Origin: Minisyncoccota bacterium
GTDB lineage: Bacteria > Patescibacteriota > Minisyncoccia > UBA6257 > UBA9933
Direction of reading: 5' to 3'
NCBI GenBank assembly: GCA_041653755.1
Contig: JBAZEU010000001.1
Span: 65,398 to 129,397, forward strand
Length of the DNA stretch: 64,000 nt
Below are positions 1 to 10,635 of the stretch, piece by piece. A program made the translations under genes and the position numbers. The notes under the pieces are model-generated. The model saw only the letters and a list, made by a program, of their open reading frames with translations, did no database searches and had not been told where the DNA came from. How positions within the stretch are numbered: position 1 is the stretch's first letter; every line of letters begins with the position of its first letter.

Positions 1-1
1 G

Positions 2-925
2 ATGTATAAAATAAATGAAAATATATTAGTTACTGGAGCAGGCGGTTTCATCGGCTTACACTTGTCCGAACAATTAGTCAAAAACGGTCACACCGTTTTT
101 GGTTTGGCGCATTCTAAAATTGATAAGAATCTCAAGAATTTATCAGATGACAAAAGTTTTCATTTGATTAAAGGAGACGTCTGCGATTTTGATTTTATAA
201 ACAAGACATTAAAAGAAAATAAGATAAAGACAATTTTCCATTTAGCCGCCTTGTTGCCGGGGGTAGCTGATCTTGATAATCCATTCCCAGTATTTAATGT
301 TAATACTAACGGAACCTTAAATCTTTTGAGTGCTGCTTATAAAAATAACGTTGAAAGGTTTATTTATGCCTCGACGATGAGCGTTTATACAGAAATGCCG
401 GAAAATTTACCAGTTACTGAAAATCAACCGACGGTGCCATCGACCATTTACGGCATAAGCAAATTAACTGGCGAGCTCTTATGTGGCGCTTATTCCGGGA
501 AAATGGGGATAACAATTTTGCGTTACGGTGGAGCCTATGGCAAGAACCAGCATGAGACCAACGCTGTTTATAGGTTTATTGCTCAAGCGTTAAAGAATGA
601 GCCAATTACTATTTATGGTAGTGGTAAACAATCGACTGACTTTGTATATATAGATGATGTCGTTAACGGTTCCATATTGGCTGCAGAAAATAATATACAG
701 GTCATTTATAACATCGGTTCGGGCGAAGAAACGAGTATAAAAGAACTGGCGGAGAAGATCATTAAAATTACGGAATCTAAATCAAAAATAATTTTCGTCG
801 ATAAAGAAACCGACAGACCTTTCAGGTTTTTTCTGGATGTTAAAAAAGCGAAAGAAAAATTAGGATATTCTCCTCTTAGCCTAGAAAAGGGGTTAACCAA
901 ATATATTTCAATATTTAACAAATAA
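2..925 (+). CDS. NAD-dependent epimerase/dehydratase (UDP-sugar 4-epimerase family)
   Basis: N-terminal Rossmann motif VTGAGGFIGLHL, YxxxK-type SDR-extended architecture, 307 aa; first gene of glycan cluster. Confidence 0.8.
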   Translation: MYKINENILVTGAGGFIGLHLSEQLVKNGHTVFGLAHSKIDKNLKNLSDDKSFHLIKGDVCDFDFINKTLKENKIKTIFHLAALLPGVADLDNPFPVFNVNTNGTLNLLSAAYKNNVERFIYASTMSVYTEMPENLPVTENQPTVPSTIYGISKLTGELLCGAYSGKMGITILRYGGAYGKNQHETNAVYRFIAQALKNEPITIYGSGKQSTDFVYIDDVVNGSILAAENNIQVIYNIGSGEETSIKELAEKIIKITESKSKIIFVDKETDRPFRFFLDVKKAKEKLGYSPLSLEKGLTKYISIFNK

Positions 926-930
926 AAAAT

Positions 931-1896
931 ATGACAAAAAAAATTAAATTAGCGTTGTTTTCTTTTTTCAAATCAACTTATAATGTTCTTAAAAAGACCC
1001 CGCTTAGAAAAATTCCGGGCATGCTTAATTTATCCAATGTTTTTTTCCGAGCGTTTTGGCCGATCGGGAACATCATCGATGTTCAGGGGATTAAAATGTA
1101 TATAAACGTCAACGATCCTAATCGGGCGCTTCGAGAAACATTTCAGGGATATGGCATGAATCTTATTCACGAAGAAACAACGACAAAGCTTTTTAAGGAT
1201 GTTGTACGTCCGGGAAATGTAGTAATTGATCTTGGTGCCAATATCGGGTATTTTACACTTCTTGCCGCCAAATTGGTCGGCGAAACTGGCAAGGTTTTTT
1301 CGTTTGAGCCGGAACCGTCAAATTTTTACTATCTCCAAAAAAATATTAAGATCAATGATTTTAATAATGCCGTTGCTTTTCAAAAAGCGGTTTCAAACAA
1401 AAATGGCGAGACCTCTTTATTCGTTTGCACTTATGATTCCGGACACCATACGATAAATCAATCCGGCGGCATTGAAGCATATAGGCACGGGAGAAGCGGG
1501 AGAACTAAAAAAATTTCCATTGAAACTGTGGCATTGGATGATTTCTTTGAAGGAAAAATAGACAGGGTTGATATTTTGAAAATAGACGTTGAGGGCGCTG
1601 AAGCCATAGCTATAGAGGGCATGGAAAAAATTCTTATGAATAACCGAAATATAAAAATTTTTCTGGAGTTTTTTCCGCTGCTGATAAATGAAATGGGAAA
1701 TTCTCCGAAAAAACTGATTAACGATCTGATTAACAAGTATCAATTTAGCATTTTTGTCATCGGCCACGATTACGATATGGAGAATTCTCAATCGTTATTG
1801 AATAGAATCAACAACTATGAGGAACTTGCGACGCTTATTAAAAATAAAGCGGATCACGTCAATCTCTATCTTATGCGCGAAACGAAATCAATTTAA
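931..1896 (+). CDS. FkbM-family SAM-dependent methyltransferase
   Basis: VIDLGANIGYFTL motif typical of FkbM methyltransferase domain; located in glycan cluster. Confidence 0.65.
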   Translation: MTKKIKLALFSFFKSTYNVLKKTPLRKIPGMLNLSNVFFRAFWPIGNIIDVQGIKMYINVNDPNRALRETFQGYGMNLIHEETTTKLFKDVVRPGNVVIDLGANIGYFTLLAAKLVGETGKVFSFEPEPSNFYYLQKNIKINDFNNAVAFQKAVSNKNGETSLFVCTYDSGHHTINQSGGIEAYRHGRSGRTKKISIETVALDDFFEGKIDRVDILKIDVEGAEAIAIEGMEKILMNNRNIKIFLEFFPLLINEMGNSPKKLINDLINKYQFSIFVIGHDYDMENSQSLLNRINNYEELATLIKNKADHVNLYLMRETKSI

Positions 1897-1898
1897 AC

Positions 1899-3194
1899 AT
1901 GAAAAAAGTTTTAGTTATCGGATATTTCCGGCCATATTTCCCTTTCGGTAGCGCACGTGTCCCTATGCTTGCTAAATCGTTGTCAAAGTTTGGTTGGCAT
2001 CCTATTATTCTTACCCCTTTTTTGAAACAGCCCCCAGCTGATAATCGTTTTCAAATTCTCCAAACGCCATATCCCGGAGATGTTTTTATGTTTTGGAGAA
2101 AATTTATTGGGCATTTTTTGACTGTCAAAGAAAAAGAAAGTTTTACTCAAACAATAAAAAGTAAGTTTAATGTCAAGACAAAAGAATCGTTTTTCGATAA
2201 ATTGGTAACATGGTATCAGGAAATTTTTGCTTATCCGAGCACAGAAAAAAAATGGTTTAAAGCTGCTCTGGCAACTGCCGAAAATTTTTTACTTACACAA
2301 AAAGTAGATGCAATTATCAGCGTATGGCCGATTGAAAGTCATCTTATTGCCGAAAAACTCAAAGAAAAATATATGATTCCTTGGATCGCTGATTTTCCAG
2401 ATTTATGGTCGGGAAACTCTGATTACCGCTTCGGTAAAATAAGAAAATGGTTCGATACGCGCCTTGAAAAAAAAGTTATTTACTCCGCCGATAAAATAAT
2501 TACTGTTTCTCCGCCGCTTACAAAACAGTTAACAAATTTGCATCATAAACCCGTCTCTATTATTTTGCATGGGTTTGATCCAGAAATTATCAATAATCCG
2601 CCGGCTACTTTGACAAAAAGTTTCACAATAAATTATTTTGGGACGTTATACGCCGGGAAACGTGATCCTAAAAATTTATTTATAGCAATTAAAGAACTTA
2701 TTAAGCGTGGTTTGATTGACCCTGAAAAAATTGAAATAAACTTTTATGGTCCAACACAATCATGGCTTCAATCAGAGATAACATCAAATAACTTAGTATC
2801 TATTGCGCATCAGCGTGGACCAGTTTCCAGAGAAGAATCTATCAAGCTTCAAAAAGAGTCACAAGTTTTATTTTTTATAGGTTGGGGTGATAAAACCTAT
2901 AAAGACGAAGGGAATTTTACCGGAAAAATCTTTGAATATTTTGCGGCACGTCGACCTATCCTTATGATAGGGGGGCCAGAAAACGAATTGATCAAGAAGC
3001 TAGTCGAAAAAACAGGCGCTGGAATTTCTGCGATTGAAGTTGAAGCAATAAAAACTGTGATACTCAAATTTTATTATGATTATAAGCAAACTGGAAGCGT
3101 CTGTTATGACGGGGATATTAAATTAGTAGATGAATTCAGTTATGAGGTAAGCGCTAAGAAAATAGTCGGGTTACTAGATGAGTTACAAGTTTAA
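1899..3194 (+). CDS. glycosyltransferase (GT4/GT1-like)
   Basis: C-terminal GT-B signature region FTGKIFEYFAARRPILMIGGPENEL (E-x7-E like); 431 aa; cluster context. Confidence 0.5.
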   Translation: MKKVLVIGYFRPYFPFGSARVPMLAKSLSKFGWHPIILTPFLKQPPADNRFQILQTPYPGDVFMFWRKFIGHFLTVKEKESFTQTIKSKFNVKTKESFFDKLVTWYQEIFAYPSTEKKWFKAALATAENFLLTQKVDAIISVWPIESHLIAEKLKEKYMIPWIADFPDLWSGNSDYRFGKIRKWFDTRLEKKVIYSADKIITVSPPLTKQLTNLHHKPVSIILHGFDPEIINNPPATLTKSFTINYFGTLYAGKRDPKNLFIAIKELIKRGLIDPEKIEINFYGPTQSWLQSEITSNNLVSIAHQRGPVSREESIKLQKESQVLFFIGWGDKTYKDEGNFTGKIFEYFAARRPILMIGGPENELIKKLVEKTGAGISAIEVEAIKTVILKFYYDYKQTGSVCYDGDIKLVDEFSYEVSAKKIVGLLDELQV

Positions 3195-4304
3195 TTTGTG
3201 GACTATTGTTCCGATAATTCTTTCTGATGCTCCTCCATCATCGTACGGAATATGCTTGATAGCGGAAGGAGTTACGTTTGTTGCCCAATTAAGCGCTGCC
3301 ATAAGATTGGTACGATTTTTGAAATCAACCAATCTATTCGCACCACAGTCGATTGTACTTAAGTGCTCCGTGCTTTCTCTGAATGTTAAGATTGGGGTTT
3401 TAAGATAGGCCGCTTCTGCTTGAATGCCGCCAGAATCTGTCATTACCATTTTGCTCTCTAATATTAATTTAATCAGATCGAAATAAGCTAACGGTGGTAT
3501 GATTTTCAAACCTTTTATTTTATTAAAACGTTTTGATAATCCCATTTTTTTAATGTTTTGTTGGGTTCGAGGATGAACAGGGAAAACAATTGGAATCTTT
3601 TTAGTGACAAATGCTAAAGCTTTAGCAATACTAAGTAAACCCTTTTTTGAGTCAACATTTATTGGGCGATGCATTGTTATAACGGCAAATCTTTTTGGCG
3701 TTAAAGACAATTGATCAATAATCGTAGATTGTTTAATTTGGGGCAAGAAGATTTTCAAGTTGTCTATCATTGTATTCCCAACAACAAAAATTTTATTCTT
3801 TGGCAGATTTTCTTTCATCAGATTTATCACACCTGCTTTTTCGGTAACAAATAGAAAGTCGGAAATATGGTCGGTCAAAATACGATTAATTTCTTCTGGC
3901 ATTGAAATGTCGAAACTCCTTAAGCCCGCCTCAACATGTGCAATCTTAATTCCAATTTTTGACGCTGTAAGTGCAACAGCTAGAGTAGAGTTAACATCTC
4001 CGACCGTTAACACTAAATCAGGTTTTTCTTTCAATAAAATTTTTTCAAAACCCAGCATGGTTTGCGCAGTTTGTACCGCATGAGAACCATGGCCGATACC
4101 TAAATTATAGTCGGGCGTAGGAATGCCCAATGACTTTAAGAAAATGCCTGACATTTCATAATCGTAATGTTGGCCTGTGTGGACAAGAACCGGTTTTATA
4201 TTTGCATAATGCTTGTAAGCACGATAAAGCGGCGCTATTTTCATAAAATTAGGTCGTGCACCAACAACATTAATAATTTTTATCGAACGCTGATGAGTTT
4301 TCAT
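3183..4304 (-). CDS. wecB: UDP-N-acetylglucosamine 2-epimerase (non-hydrolysing; WecB/WbpI-like)
   Basis: KIAPLYRAY, HVEAGLRSFD, DSGGIQAEAAYL motifs characteristic of WecB/MnaA 2-epimerases; 373 aa. Confidence 0.85.
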   Translation of the reverse strand: MKTHQRSIKIINVVGARPNFMKIAPLYRAYKHYANIKPVLVHTGQHYDYEMSGIFLKSLGIPTPDYNLGIGHGSHAVQTAQTMLGFEKILLKEKPDLVLTVGDVNSTLAVALTASKIGIKIAHVEAGLRSFDISMPEEINRILTDHISDFLFVTEKAGVINLMKENLPKNKIFVVGNTMIDNLKIFLPQIKQSTIIDQLSLTPKRFAVITMHRPINVDSKKGLLSIAKALAFVTKKIPIVFPVHPRTQQNIKKMGLSKRFNKIKGLKIIPPLAYFDLIKLILESKMVMTDSGGIQAEAAYLKTPILTFRESTEHLSTIDCGANRLVDFKNRTNLMAALNWATNVTPSAIKHIPYDDGGASERIIGTIVHKLNL

Positions 4305-4520
4305 TATATTTTAGGATTCATTGCTAACAACATTTTATAATTATTACACAGAAAATAATGAAAAGCTATTGCCAGATAACCGAAATAATGTTCATTTTAT
4401 TGATTGAAAATTGTCACTTAATATGACTTTGGTATGATAATATTGGCATAAAGTATTGAAAAACGAGAGAAATTATTATATGTTGGTTTTTGGGCGTTGA
4501 AGAAATAATAAGACCATAAT

Positions 4521-5810
4521 ATGGCGAATACATTGCTTCAAAACATAAAAAATAAAAAGGCAACAGTTGCTGTTGTCGGTTTAGGATATGTCGGGATACC
4601 TACAATTTTGGCTCTGGTTGACGCTGGAATAAAAGTTATCGGTATAGATGTTAACAAAGAGAGAATCAAGCAGCTGAAAGCCGGAAGAAGTTTTATAAAG
4701 GAAATTTCTGATGAAAAAATAAAAAACTCTTTGAAAAGATTCACTCCGACAACAAAGTGGGGTGAAATTTCAAAAGCTAGGGTAATTTTGATCGCTGTTC
4801 CAACCCCTTTAGACAAAAACAAAGCTCCTGACACTTCTTTTATCAAATTAGCTTCTGAAAATATTGCTAAATACCTTAAAAGAGATTCTCTCGTTGTTTT
4901 AGAAAGCACTACTTATCCTGGGACAACCGAAGAAATCGTTTTGCCAATTTTGGAAAAATCAGGATTAAAGTCAAAAAAAGATTTTTATTTGGCTTTCGCT
5001 CCAGAAAGGGTTGATCCGGGAAATAAAAAATATACGCTATCAGACATTCCAAAAGTTATCGGAGGAATAGAAAAAAAATCAACAGAGGTTGCAGCTGCTT
5101 TTTATTCAACTTTCCTCAGGTCTGTTCATAAGGTTTCTTCGGCTCGCACGGCTGAAATGACAAAGCTTTTAGAAAACATTTTTCGCCTGGTAAATATTTC
5201 TCTTGTGAACGAACTAAAAATGATTTCTTCGAAAATGGATATTGATTTTTGGGAAGTTATAGAGGCGGCCAAAACTAAACCTTACGGGTTTATGCCTTTT
5301 TACCCCGGTCCGGGAGTTGGTGGGCATTGTATCCCTTTAGATCCCTTTTATCTTTCATGGAAAGCGCGTGAATATGACTTTTTTACCAGGTTTATTGATT
5401 TGGCCGGGGAAATAAATGATTTGATGCCGCATAATGTAATTACTACCATAAATTGGATGTTGAATAAGAACAAGAAATCGATTAAAGGTTCTAAAATTTT
5501 AATTCTTGGCGTTGCTTACAAGAAAGATATTGATGATCCGCGAGAATCAGCTGCTATGCCGATTATCTTAGATCTATTAAGAAAGGGGGCGAGAGTGTTC
5601 TATAATGATCCTCACATTGCCAAGATTAATATAAAGGGGAAGGTTTTTAAATCATCTCCTCTTACAAAATCATTGGTAAAAAGCGCTGATTGTGTAGTTA
5701 TATTAACGGACCATTCTGTTTATGACTACAGAATGATAGAAAAAAATGCTAAACTGATAGTTGATACCAGACACGCAATAAAGAAAAAAAGTCCTAAAAT
5801 ATTTAGCTAA
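4521..5810 (+). CDS. UDP-N-acetyl-D-glucosamine/mannosamine 6-dehydrogenase (WbpA/WecC family)
   Basis: N-terminal VAVVGLGYVGIPT NAD fold, catalytic GGHCIP cysteine motif, 429 aa UDP-glucose/GDP-mannose dehydrogenase family. Confidence 0.8.
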   Translation: MANTLLQNIKNKKATVAVVGLGYVGIPTILALVDAGIKVIGIDVNKERIKQLKAGRSFIKEISDEKIKNSLKRFTPTTKWGEISKARVILIAVPTPLDKNKAPDTSFIKLASENIAKYLKRDSLVVLESTTYPGTTEEIVLPILEKSGLKSKKDFYLAFAPERVDPGNKKYTLSDIPKVIGGIEKKSTEVAAAFYSTFLRSVHKVSSARTAEMTKLLENIFRLVNISLVNELKMISSKMDIDFWEVIEAAKTKPYGFMPFYPGPGVGGHCIPLDPFYLSWKAREYDFFTRFIDLAGEINDLMPHNVITTINWMLNKNKKSIKGSKILILGVAYKKDIDDPRESAAMPIILDLLRKGARVFYNDPHIAKINIKGKVFKSSPLTKSLVKSADCVVILTDHSVYDYRMIEKNAKLIVDTRHAIKKKSPKIFS

Positions 5811-5843
5811 ATTAAAAAGTGAAATTTAACTATAAATTATAAA

Positions 5844-6632
5844 ATGAAATTTTCAATAATAGGTACTGGTTTTATAATGCCTCGCCACGCGGAAGCCATT
5901 GATTCTATCGGCGGTAAAATTATTGATGTTGTAAATGAATATCAGGGGCAGGACGCATGGAGAGAAATGATAAAAAGCACTGAAGCAGATTATATTGTGA
6001 TTTTAACTCCGAACGATTTGCATATTCCTATGGCCATAGAAGCAGCAAAGGCTGGCAAAATAGTATTATGCGAGAAACCGCTCGGAATTAATACTAAACA
6101 AATAGAAGGGGTTATCGATCAACAAAATATATTTACTGTATTACAGTTAAGATATCATCCGTTAGTAAATAAATTAAAAGAAGAATTGAAGACAACTAAT
6201 GAAATTGAAATGGATATATCTGTTCATCGGGACGAAAAATATTACAAGGGTTGGAAAGGTCAAAGCGAACGATCGGGCGGGGTACTCCTTAATTTAGGCG
6301 TACACTACTTCGACTTATTATTATATTTATTCGGAGAGGCAAAGGAGGTAAAAATTTTAAGATTAGACGAGAAAACCGGGGAAGGCACAATAAAAGGAGA
6401 AAACTATTTTTGTAAATTTAGGGTTTCGACCGACGCGAAAAGGGATGAGCAAAGAAGAGTATTTAAGGTAAATGGCGAGAATACAAATTTTTCTTCCAAA
6501 GATAATCTTTCGTACGAAAATTTGCATAGAATGGTATATTGTGATTTAATAAAAGGGATAGGGATTACGCCGGCCGAAGCAATAAAATCTATTCGGCTAG
6601 TCGAACGATTGAAAGGAGGAAATGAATTATGA
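5844..6632 (+). CDS. Gfo/Idh/MocA-family oxidoreductase (WbpB-like UDP-sugar 3-dehydrogenase)
   Basis: MKFSIIGTGFIMPRHAEAI Rossmann start, EKPLG motif; position between 6-dehydrogenase and acetyltransferase/aminotransferase as in WbpA-B-D-E pathway. Confidence 0.6.
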   Translation: MKFSIIGTGFIMPRHAEAIDSIGGKIIDVVNEYQGQDAWREMIKSTEADYIVILTPNDLHIPMAIEAAKAGKIVLCEKPLGINTKQIEGVIDQQNIFTVLQLRYHPLVNKLKEELKTTNEIEMDISVHRDEKYYKGWKGQSERSGGVLLNLGVHYFDLLLYLFGEAKEVKILRLDEKTGEGTIKGENYFCKFRVSTDAKRDEQRRVFKVNGENTNFSSKDNLSYENLHRMVYCDLIKGIGITPAEAIKSIRLVERLKGGNEL

Positions 6633-7072
6633 ACCTTGCTGTGAAGATCGGGGAAGGAACAAAGATATATCAGTCAGAACTGAGTAATATCAGGGAGTGC
6701 GAGATTGGAGAGGATTGTGTCATTCACTCTAACGTTTGGATCGGGGATGGTGTAAAGATCGGGAATCGGGTTAAGATTCAAGCTTTCACTTTTATCCCGG
6801 AAGGCGTAACCATTGAAGATGATGTGTTTATCGGGCCCAGGGTGACATTCACCAACGATGCAAAGCTGATGATCAGGGGAAGAAAGTTCTGGGAGAAAAC
6901 ACTCGTCAAGAAAGGCGTCAAGCTTGGGGCTTCAGTAACGATTTTAGCCGGAGTAACGATTGGTGAAAATGCATTGATTGGAGCTGGTACTGTGATTACT
7001 AAAGATGTCCCAGCTAACGAAATATGGGTAGGAGCTAAAGCAAGTTTTTTAAAAAAAGTTGATCAATCTTAA
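6629..7072 (+). CDS. hexapeptide-repeat N-acetyltransferase (WbpD-like)
   Basis: left-handed beta-helix hexapeptide repeats (IGDGVKIGNRVKIQ, IGPRVTFTND, IGAGTVITKD); strong GGAGG SD; 147 aa. Confidence 0.7.
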   Translation: MNLAVKIGEGTKIYQSELSNIRECEIGEDCVIHSNVWIGDGVKIGNRVKIQAFTFIPEGVTIEDDVFIGPRVTFTNDAKLMIRGRKFWEKTLVKKGVKLGASVTILAGVTIGENALIGAGTVITKDVPANEIWVGAKASFLKKVDQS

Positions 7073-7119
7073 AGCTATAAAGGTTTGGCGGAACCTAAAA
7101 AACCGCCTTTTTCTTTATC

Positions 7120-8253
7120 ATGAGGAAAGGGATTTTTGGTGAAAATAGGATAAGTCTTCAATATAAAAAGATAAAGGATCAGATTAACAAAGCCATTTTT
7201 AAAACAATAAAGAGTGGCAGTTTTATTTTAGGAGAAGAGGTTAAAAAACTTGAAGAAAAAATAGCTGGTTTAACAGGAACAAAATATGCTATCGGAGTAA
7301 ATTCTGGGACAGATGCTTTGTTTTTATCTTTGAAAGCATTTGGCATAAAAAAAGGCGATGAAGTTATCACAACCCCTTTTTCTTTTATCGCTACTGCGGA
7401 AGCAATAGCAAACACCGGCGCAAAACCAGTTTTTGTTGATATTGATCCAAAAACTTTTAATATCAATGTTTTAAAGATCAAAGAGGCTATTACAAAGAGA
7501 ACGAAAGCTATTATCCCAGTTCACCTTTATGGCCAAATGGCCGGTATGAAAGAAATTCTAAAAATTGCCAAAAAACATAAACTTTTTGTCGTTGAAGATG
7601 CGGCTCAAGCAATTGGTGCGAAACAAAAAATAAACGGTAAGTGGAAAATGGCTGGTGGAGTTGGTCACATCGGTTGTTTTAGTTTTTTCCCGACTAAAAA
7701 TTTGGGTGCTTTTGGTGATGGTGGAATAATAACCACTAATGATAAAAATTTAGCTGAAAAAATAAAATTATTAAGAAATCATGGCGCTACCAAAAAATAT
7801 TACCATGAAGTTTTAGGAATCTCTTCGCGTCTTGATGAATTGCAAGCAGCTATAATTTTGGCAAAATTTCCTTGTTTGAAAGCATGGAATATTCGAAGGA
7901 ATAATATCGCTAAGTTTTATAACAAAAGTTTGAAAGGGATAGACGGCATAACAGTCCCAGAAACTCAAGAAGATAATTATCATATTTATCATCAATATAC
8001 GATTCGTACTAAGCACAGAGACGCGCTAAAAAACTTTTTGGAGAAAAACGGCGTGCCAACCGCTATCCACTATCCTATCCCTTTTAATCTTCAGCCGGTT
8101 TTTAACTATCTCGGCTACAAAAAGGGTTTTTTCTTGGAGGCAGAGAAAGCGGCTAAAGAAGTGCTTTCACTTCCAATTTACCCAGAATTAAATTCTAATG
8201 AACAAAATCAAGTCGTAGAAAAAATAAAACAGTATTTTAAAATAAATGGATAA
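7120..8253 (+). CDS. DegT/DnrJ/EryC1/StrS-family PLP aminotransferase (WbpE-like)
   Basis: GVNSGTDAL, FSFFPTKNLGAFGDGG (PLP-lysine region) signatures; 377 aa. Confidence 0.85.
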   Translation: MRKGIFGENRISLQYKKIKDQINKAIFKTIKSGSFILGEEVKKLEEKIAGLTGTKYAIGVNSGTDALFLSLKAFGIKKGDEVITTPFSFIATAEAIANTGAKPVFVDIDPKTFNINVLKIKEAITKRTKAIIPVHLYGQMAGMKEILKIAKKHKLFVVEDAAQAIGAKQKINGKWKMAGGVGHIGCFSFFPTKNLGAFGDGGIITTNDKNLAEKIKLLRNHGATKKYYHEVLGISSRLDELQAAIILAKFPCLKAWNIRRNNIAKFYNKSLKGIDGITVPETQEDNYHIYHQYTIRTKHRDALKNFLEKNGVPTAIHYPIPFNLQPVFNYLGYKKGFFLEAEKAAKEVLSLPIYPELNSNEQNQVVEKIKQYFKING

Positions 8254-9247
8254 AAATAGCTTCCCGAAAGTCACCATTGTAATTCCTTGCCGGAACGAAG
8301 AAAGATTTATCAGAAAATGTCTGGATTCTTTGATAGGACAGGATTACCCGAAAGATAAATTAGAAATTTTTGTTTTGAATGGGATGAGCACTGACAAGAC
8401 AAAGCAAATCGTTGAAAAATATAGTGAAAAGTATTCTTTTATAAAAGCCTTTGATAACCCGAATAAAACTTCTTCTTATGCTTTAAATATCGGCCTCAAA
8501 CATTCTACCGGAGAACTATTCATGCATATGGGAGCGCATGCTACTTATCAAAATGATCATATCTCAAAATCGGTAAGATATTTGATTGAGTATGACGCTG
8601 ACAATGTCGGGGGGATTCTTCGAACTCTTCCTTCGGCAAATACCTTAATGGCAAAAGCTATCACCTTAGTTCTTTCTAACAAGTTTGGGACCGGGAACGC
8701 TTTCTTTAGGATCGGATCTGATAAACCAATCTGGGTGGATACGGTTTTTGGCGGTTGCTATAAAAAAGAAATGCTTGTGAGGGTTGGGGGATATAACGAA
8801 AAATTAGCTAGAAGTCAGGACATGGAGATGAACATGCGCCTGAAAAAAATCAGAGCGAAAACACTTTTAGTCCCGGATATTGTCAGTTGTTATTATCCAA
8901 AGCCAACTTTCAACTCATTTTTCAAACATAATATTTCAGATGGTATTTGGGCGGTTTATCCGATTAAATTCGGTGTAGCTGTTTTTAACGTAAGGCATTT
9001 AGCTCCGCTGGCATTTATTCTAATACTTGTCATCACCGCGATTTTGGGGGGATTCTTTAAGATATTCTTATGGTTTTTCGTTTTGGAATTGATTATTTAT
9101 TTTGGGATGTCTCTATTATTTTCTGCTAAAATAGCTGCTAAAGAAAAAAGATTAGCTTTAATTCCGTTTTTAGTAGCTGGTTTTTTCGCTAGACATTTTG
9201 GATATGGTATAGGATCGTTCGTTGGGCTAATAAAATTAATTTTTTAG
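8246..9247 (+). CDS. family 2 glycosyltransferase with C-terminal transmembrane segments
   Basis: VTIVIPCRNEERFIRKCLDSL...DKLEIFVLNGMSTD GT2 N-terminal motifs; hydrophobic C-terminus. Confidence 0.75.
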   Translation: MDKNSFPKVTIVIPCRNEERFIRKCLDSLIGQDYPKDKLEIFVLNGMSTDKTKQIVEKYSEKYSFIKAFDNPNKTSSYALNIGLKHSTGELFMHMGAHATYQNDHISKSVRYLIEYDADNVGGILRTLPSANTLMAKAITLVLSNKFGTGNAFFRIGSDKPIWVDTVFGGCYKKEMLVRVGGYNEKLARSQDMEMNMRLKKIRAKTLLVPDIVSCYYPKPTFNSFFKHNISDGIWAVYPIKFGVAVFNVRHLAPLAFILILVITAILGGFFKIFLWFFVLELIIYFGMSLLFSAKIAAKEKRLALIPFLVAGFFARHFGYGIGSFVGLIKLIF

Positions 9248-9248
9248 C

Positions 9249-10037
9249 ATGGAGGAAAGAAAAAAAATAGAAATAGAACATTACGATGAGCTTGCCAAAG
9301 AATGGTACCAGCAGCATAAATCCGATAAAAATTGGCAAGCTGATATTGAGGAGTATGATGTTAATCTGTTTTTAAGCTACCAATATTTCCGAAAGTTAGT
9401 AGAAAGAAACATTAAGCCGGGGATGAGAGTGCTTGATTATGGGTGTGGCCACGGAATGCATACAATTCTTCCCGCTAAATTAGGCGCCGAGGTCTATGGT
9501 ATTGATGTTTCCGAAGAATCTTTAAAAATTGCCCGGCAAAGAGCAGAAAAAGAAAACGTTTCAGACAAAATGAAATTTTTAAATATGGACGGCGAAAATA
9601 TGAGTTTTGAAAATAATTTCTTTGACGTGATTATTGACGGAGGAACATTTTCTTCGATAGACATAAACAGGGCTTTTCCTGAAATAAAAAGGGTTTTAAG
9701 GCCTGGCGGATTTCTTATAGGTATTGAGACATTTGGCCATAACCCATTGGCCAATCTTAAACGTTGGTTCAACAAGAAAAATGGTTTTCGAACAGAATGG
9801 GCTGCTAGTCATATTTTTAAAAATAAAGATTTAAAAAACGTAAAAAACTATTTTAAAATTGTAGAAGTAAAATTCTTTCATTTTTTTTCAATATTTATTT
9901 TTCCTTTCAGAAAATTACCTGGCGGGAAACAGATATTTAAGATAATAGATAAAATTGATTTTGCGATTTTTATAAAAATTCCCTTAATTAAAAAGATGGC
10001 ATTTAAAATAGTTTTTATTTTTCAAAAGAATGATTAA
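9249..10037 (+). CDS. class I SAM-dependent methyltransferase
   Basis: VLDYGCGHG motif I, methyltransferase type 11-like layout. Confidence 0.7.
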   Translation: MEERKKIEIEHYDELAKEWYQQHKSDKNWQADIEEYDVNLFLSYQYFRKLVERNIKPGMRVLDYGCGHGMHTILPAKLGAEVYGIDVSEESLKIARQRAEKENVSDKMKFLNMDGENMSFENNFFDVIIDGGTFSSIDINRAFPEIKRVLRPGGFLIGIETFGHNPLANLKRWFNKKNGFRTEWAASHIFKNKDLKNVKNYFKIVEVKFFHFFSIFIFPFRKLPGGKQIFKIIDKIDFAIFIKIPLIKKMAFKIVFIFQKND

Positions 10038-10620
10038 ACGTTTATTCGACATAATTCTTTCCGGATTGGGGCTTTTGGTTTTGTCCCTGCCTTTTCTCGT
10101 TTTTGCTTTGATTATTAAAATCACTGCGCCCGGCCCGGTTTTTTACCGCGGCGAAAGAACTGGACTTCACGGAAAAATGTTCAAAATATTTAAGTTTAGA
10201 AGCATGATTGTTGACGCGGAAAAAACCGGTGTTGCTTCGACGTCGAAAGAGGATAATCGGGTGACAAAAATCGGCAAGTTTATGAGAAAAACCAAAATCG
10301 ATGAACTTCCCCAGCTTATCAATGTTTTTAAGGGCGATATGAGTTTTGTCGGTCCAAGACCGGAAGTGAAGAAATTCACCGATCTTTATACCGAGGAAGA
10401 AAAAGTTTTATTGAATATCAGGCCGGGGATTACTGATTATGCCTCTTTGTGGGATATTAATGAAGCAGAGGTTTTAGCGGGAAGCTCTGACCCGGATAAA
10501 GATTATCTTGAGAAAATCCGCCCGGAAAAAGTTCGGCTGCAACTAAAATATTACAAGGAAATGTCCCTTTGGACCGATATGAAAATCATTTTTCTGACGA
10601 TAAAAAATGTGATAATGTGA
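10030..10620 (+). CDS. undecaprenyl-phosphate sugar phosphotransferase (small PglC/WbaP-C-terminal-like priming transferase)
   Basis: single N-terminal TM, FKFRSM, DELPQL, FVGPRP motifs of bacterial sugar transferase family. Confidence 0.85.
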   Translation: MIKRLFDIILSGLGLLVLSLPFLVFALIIKITAPGPVFYRGERTGLHGKMFKIFKFRSMIVDAEKTGVASTSKEDNRVTKIGKFMRKTKIDELPQLINVFKGDMSFVGPRPEVKKFTDLYTEEEKVLLNIRPGITDYASLWDINEAEVLAGSSDPDKDYLEKIRPEKVRLQLKYYKEMSLWTDMKIIFLTIKNVIM

Positions 10621-10635
10621 TATTAAGGAAATAAT

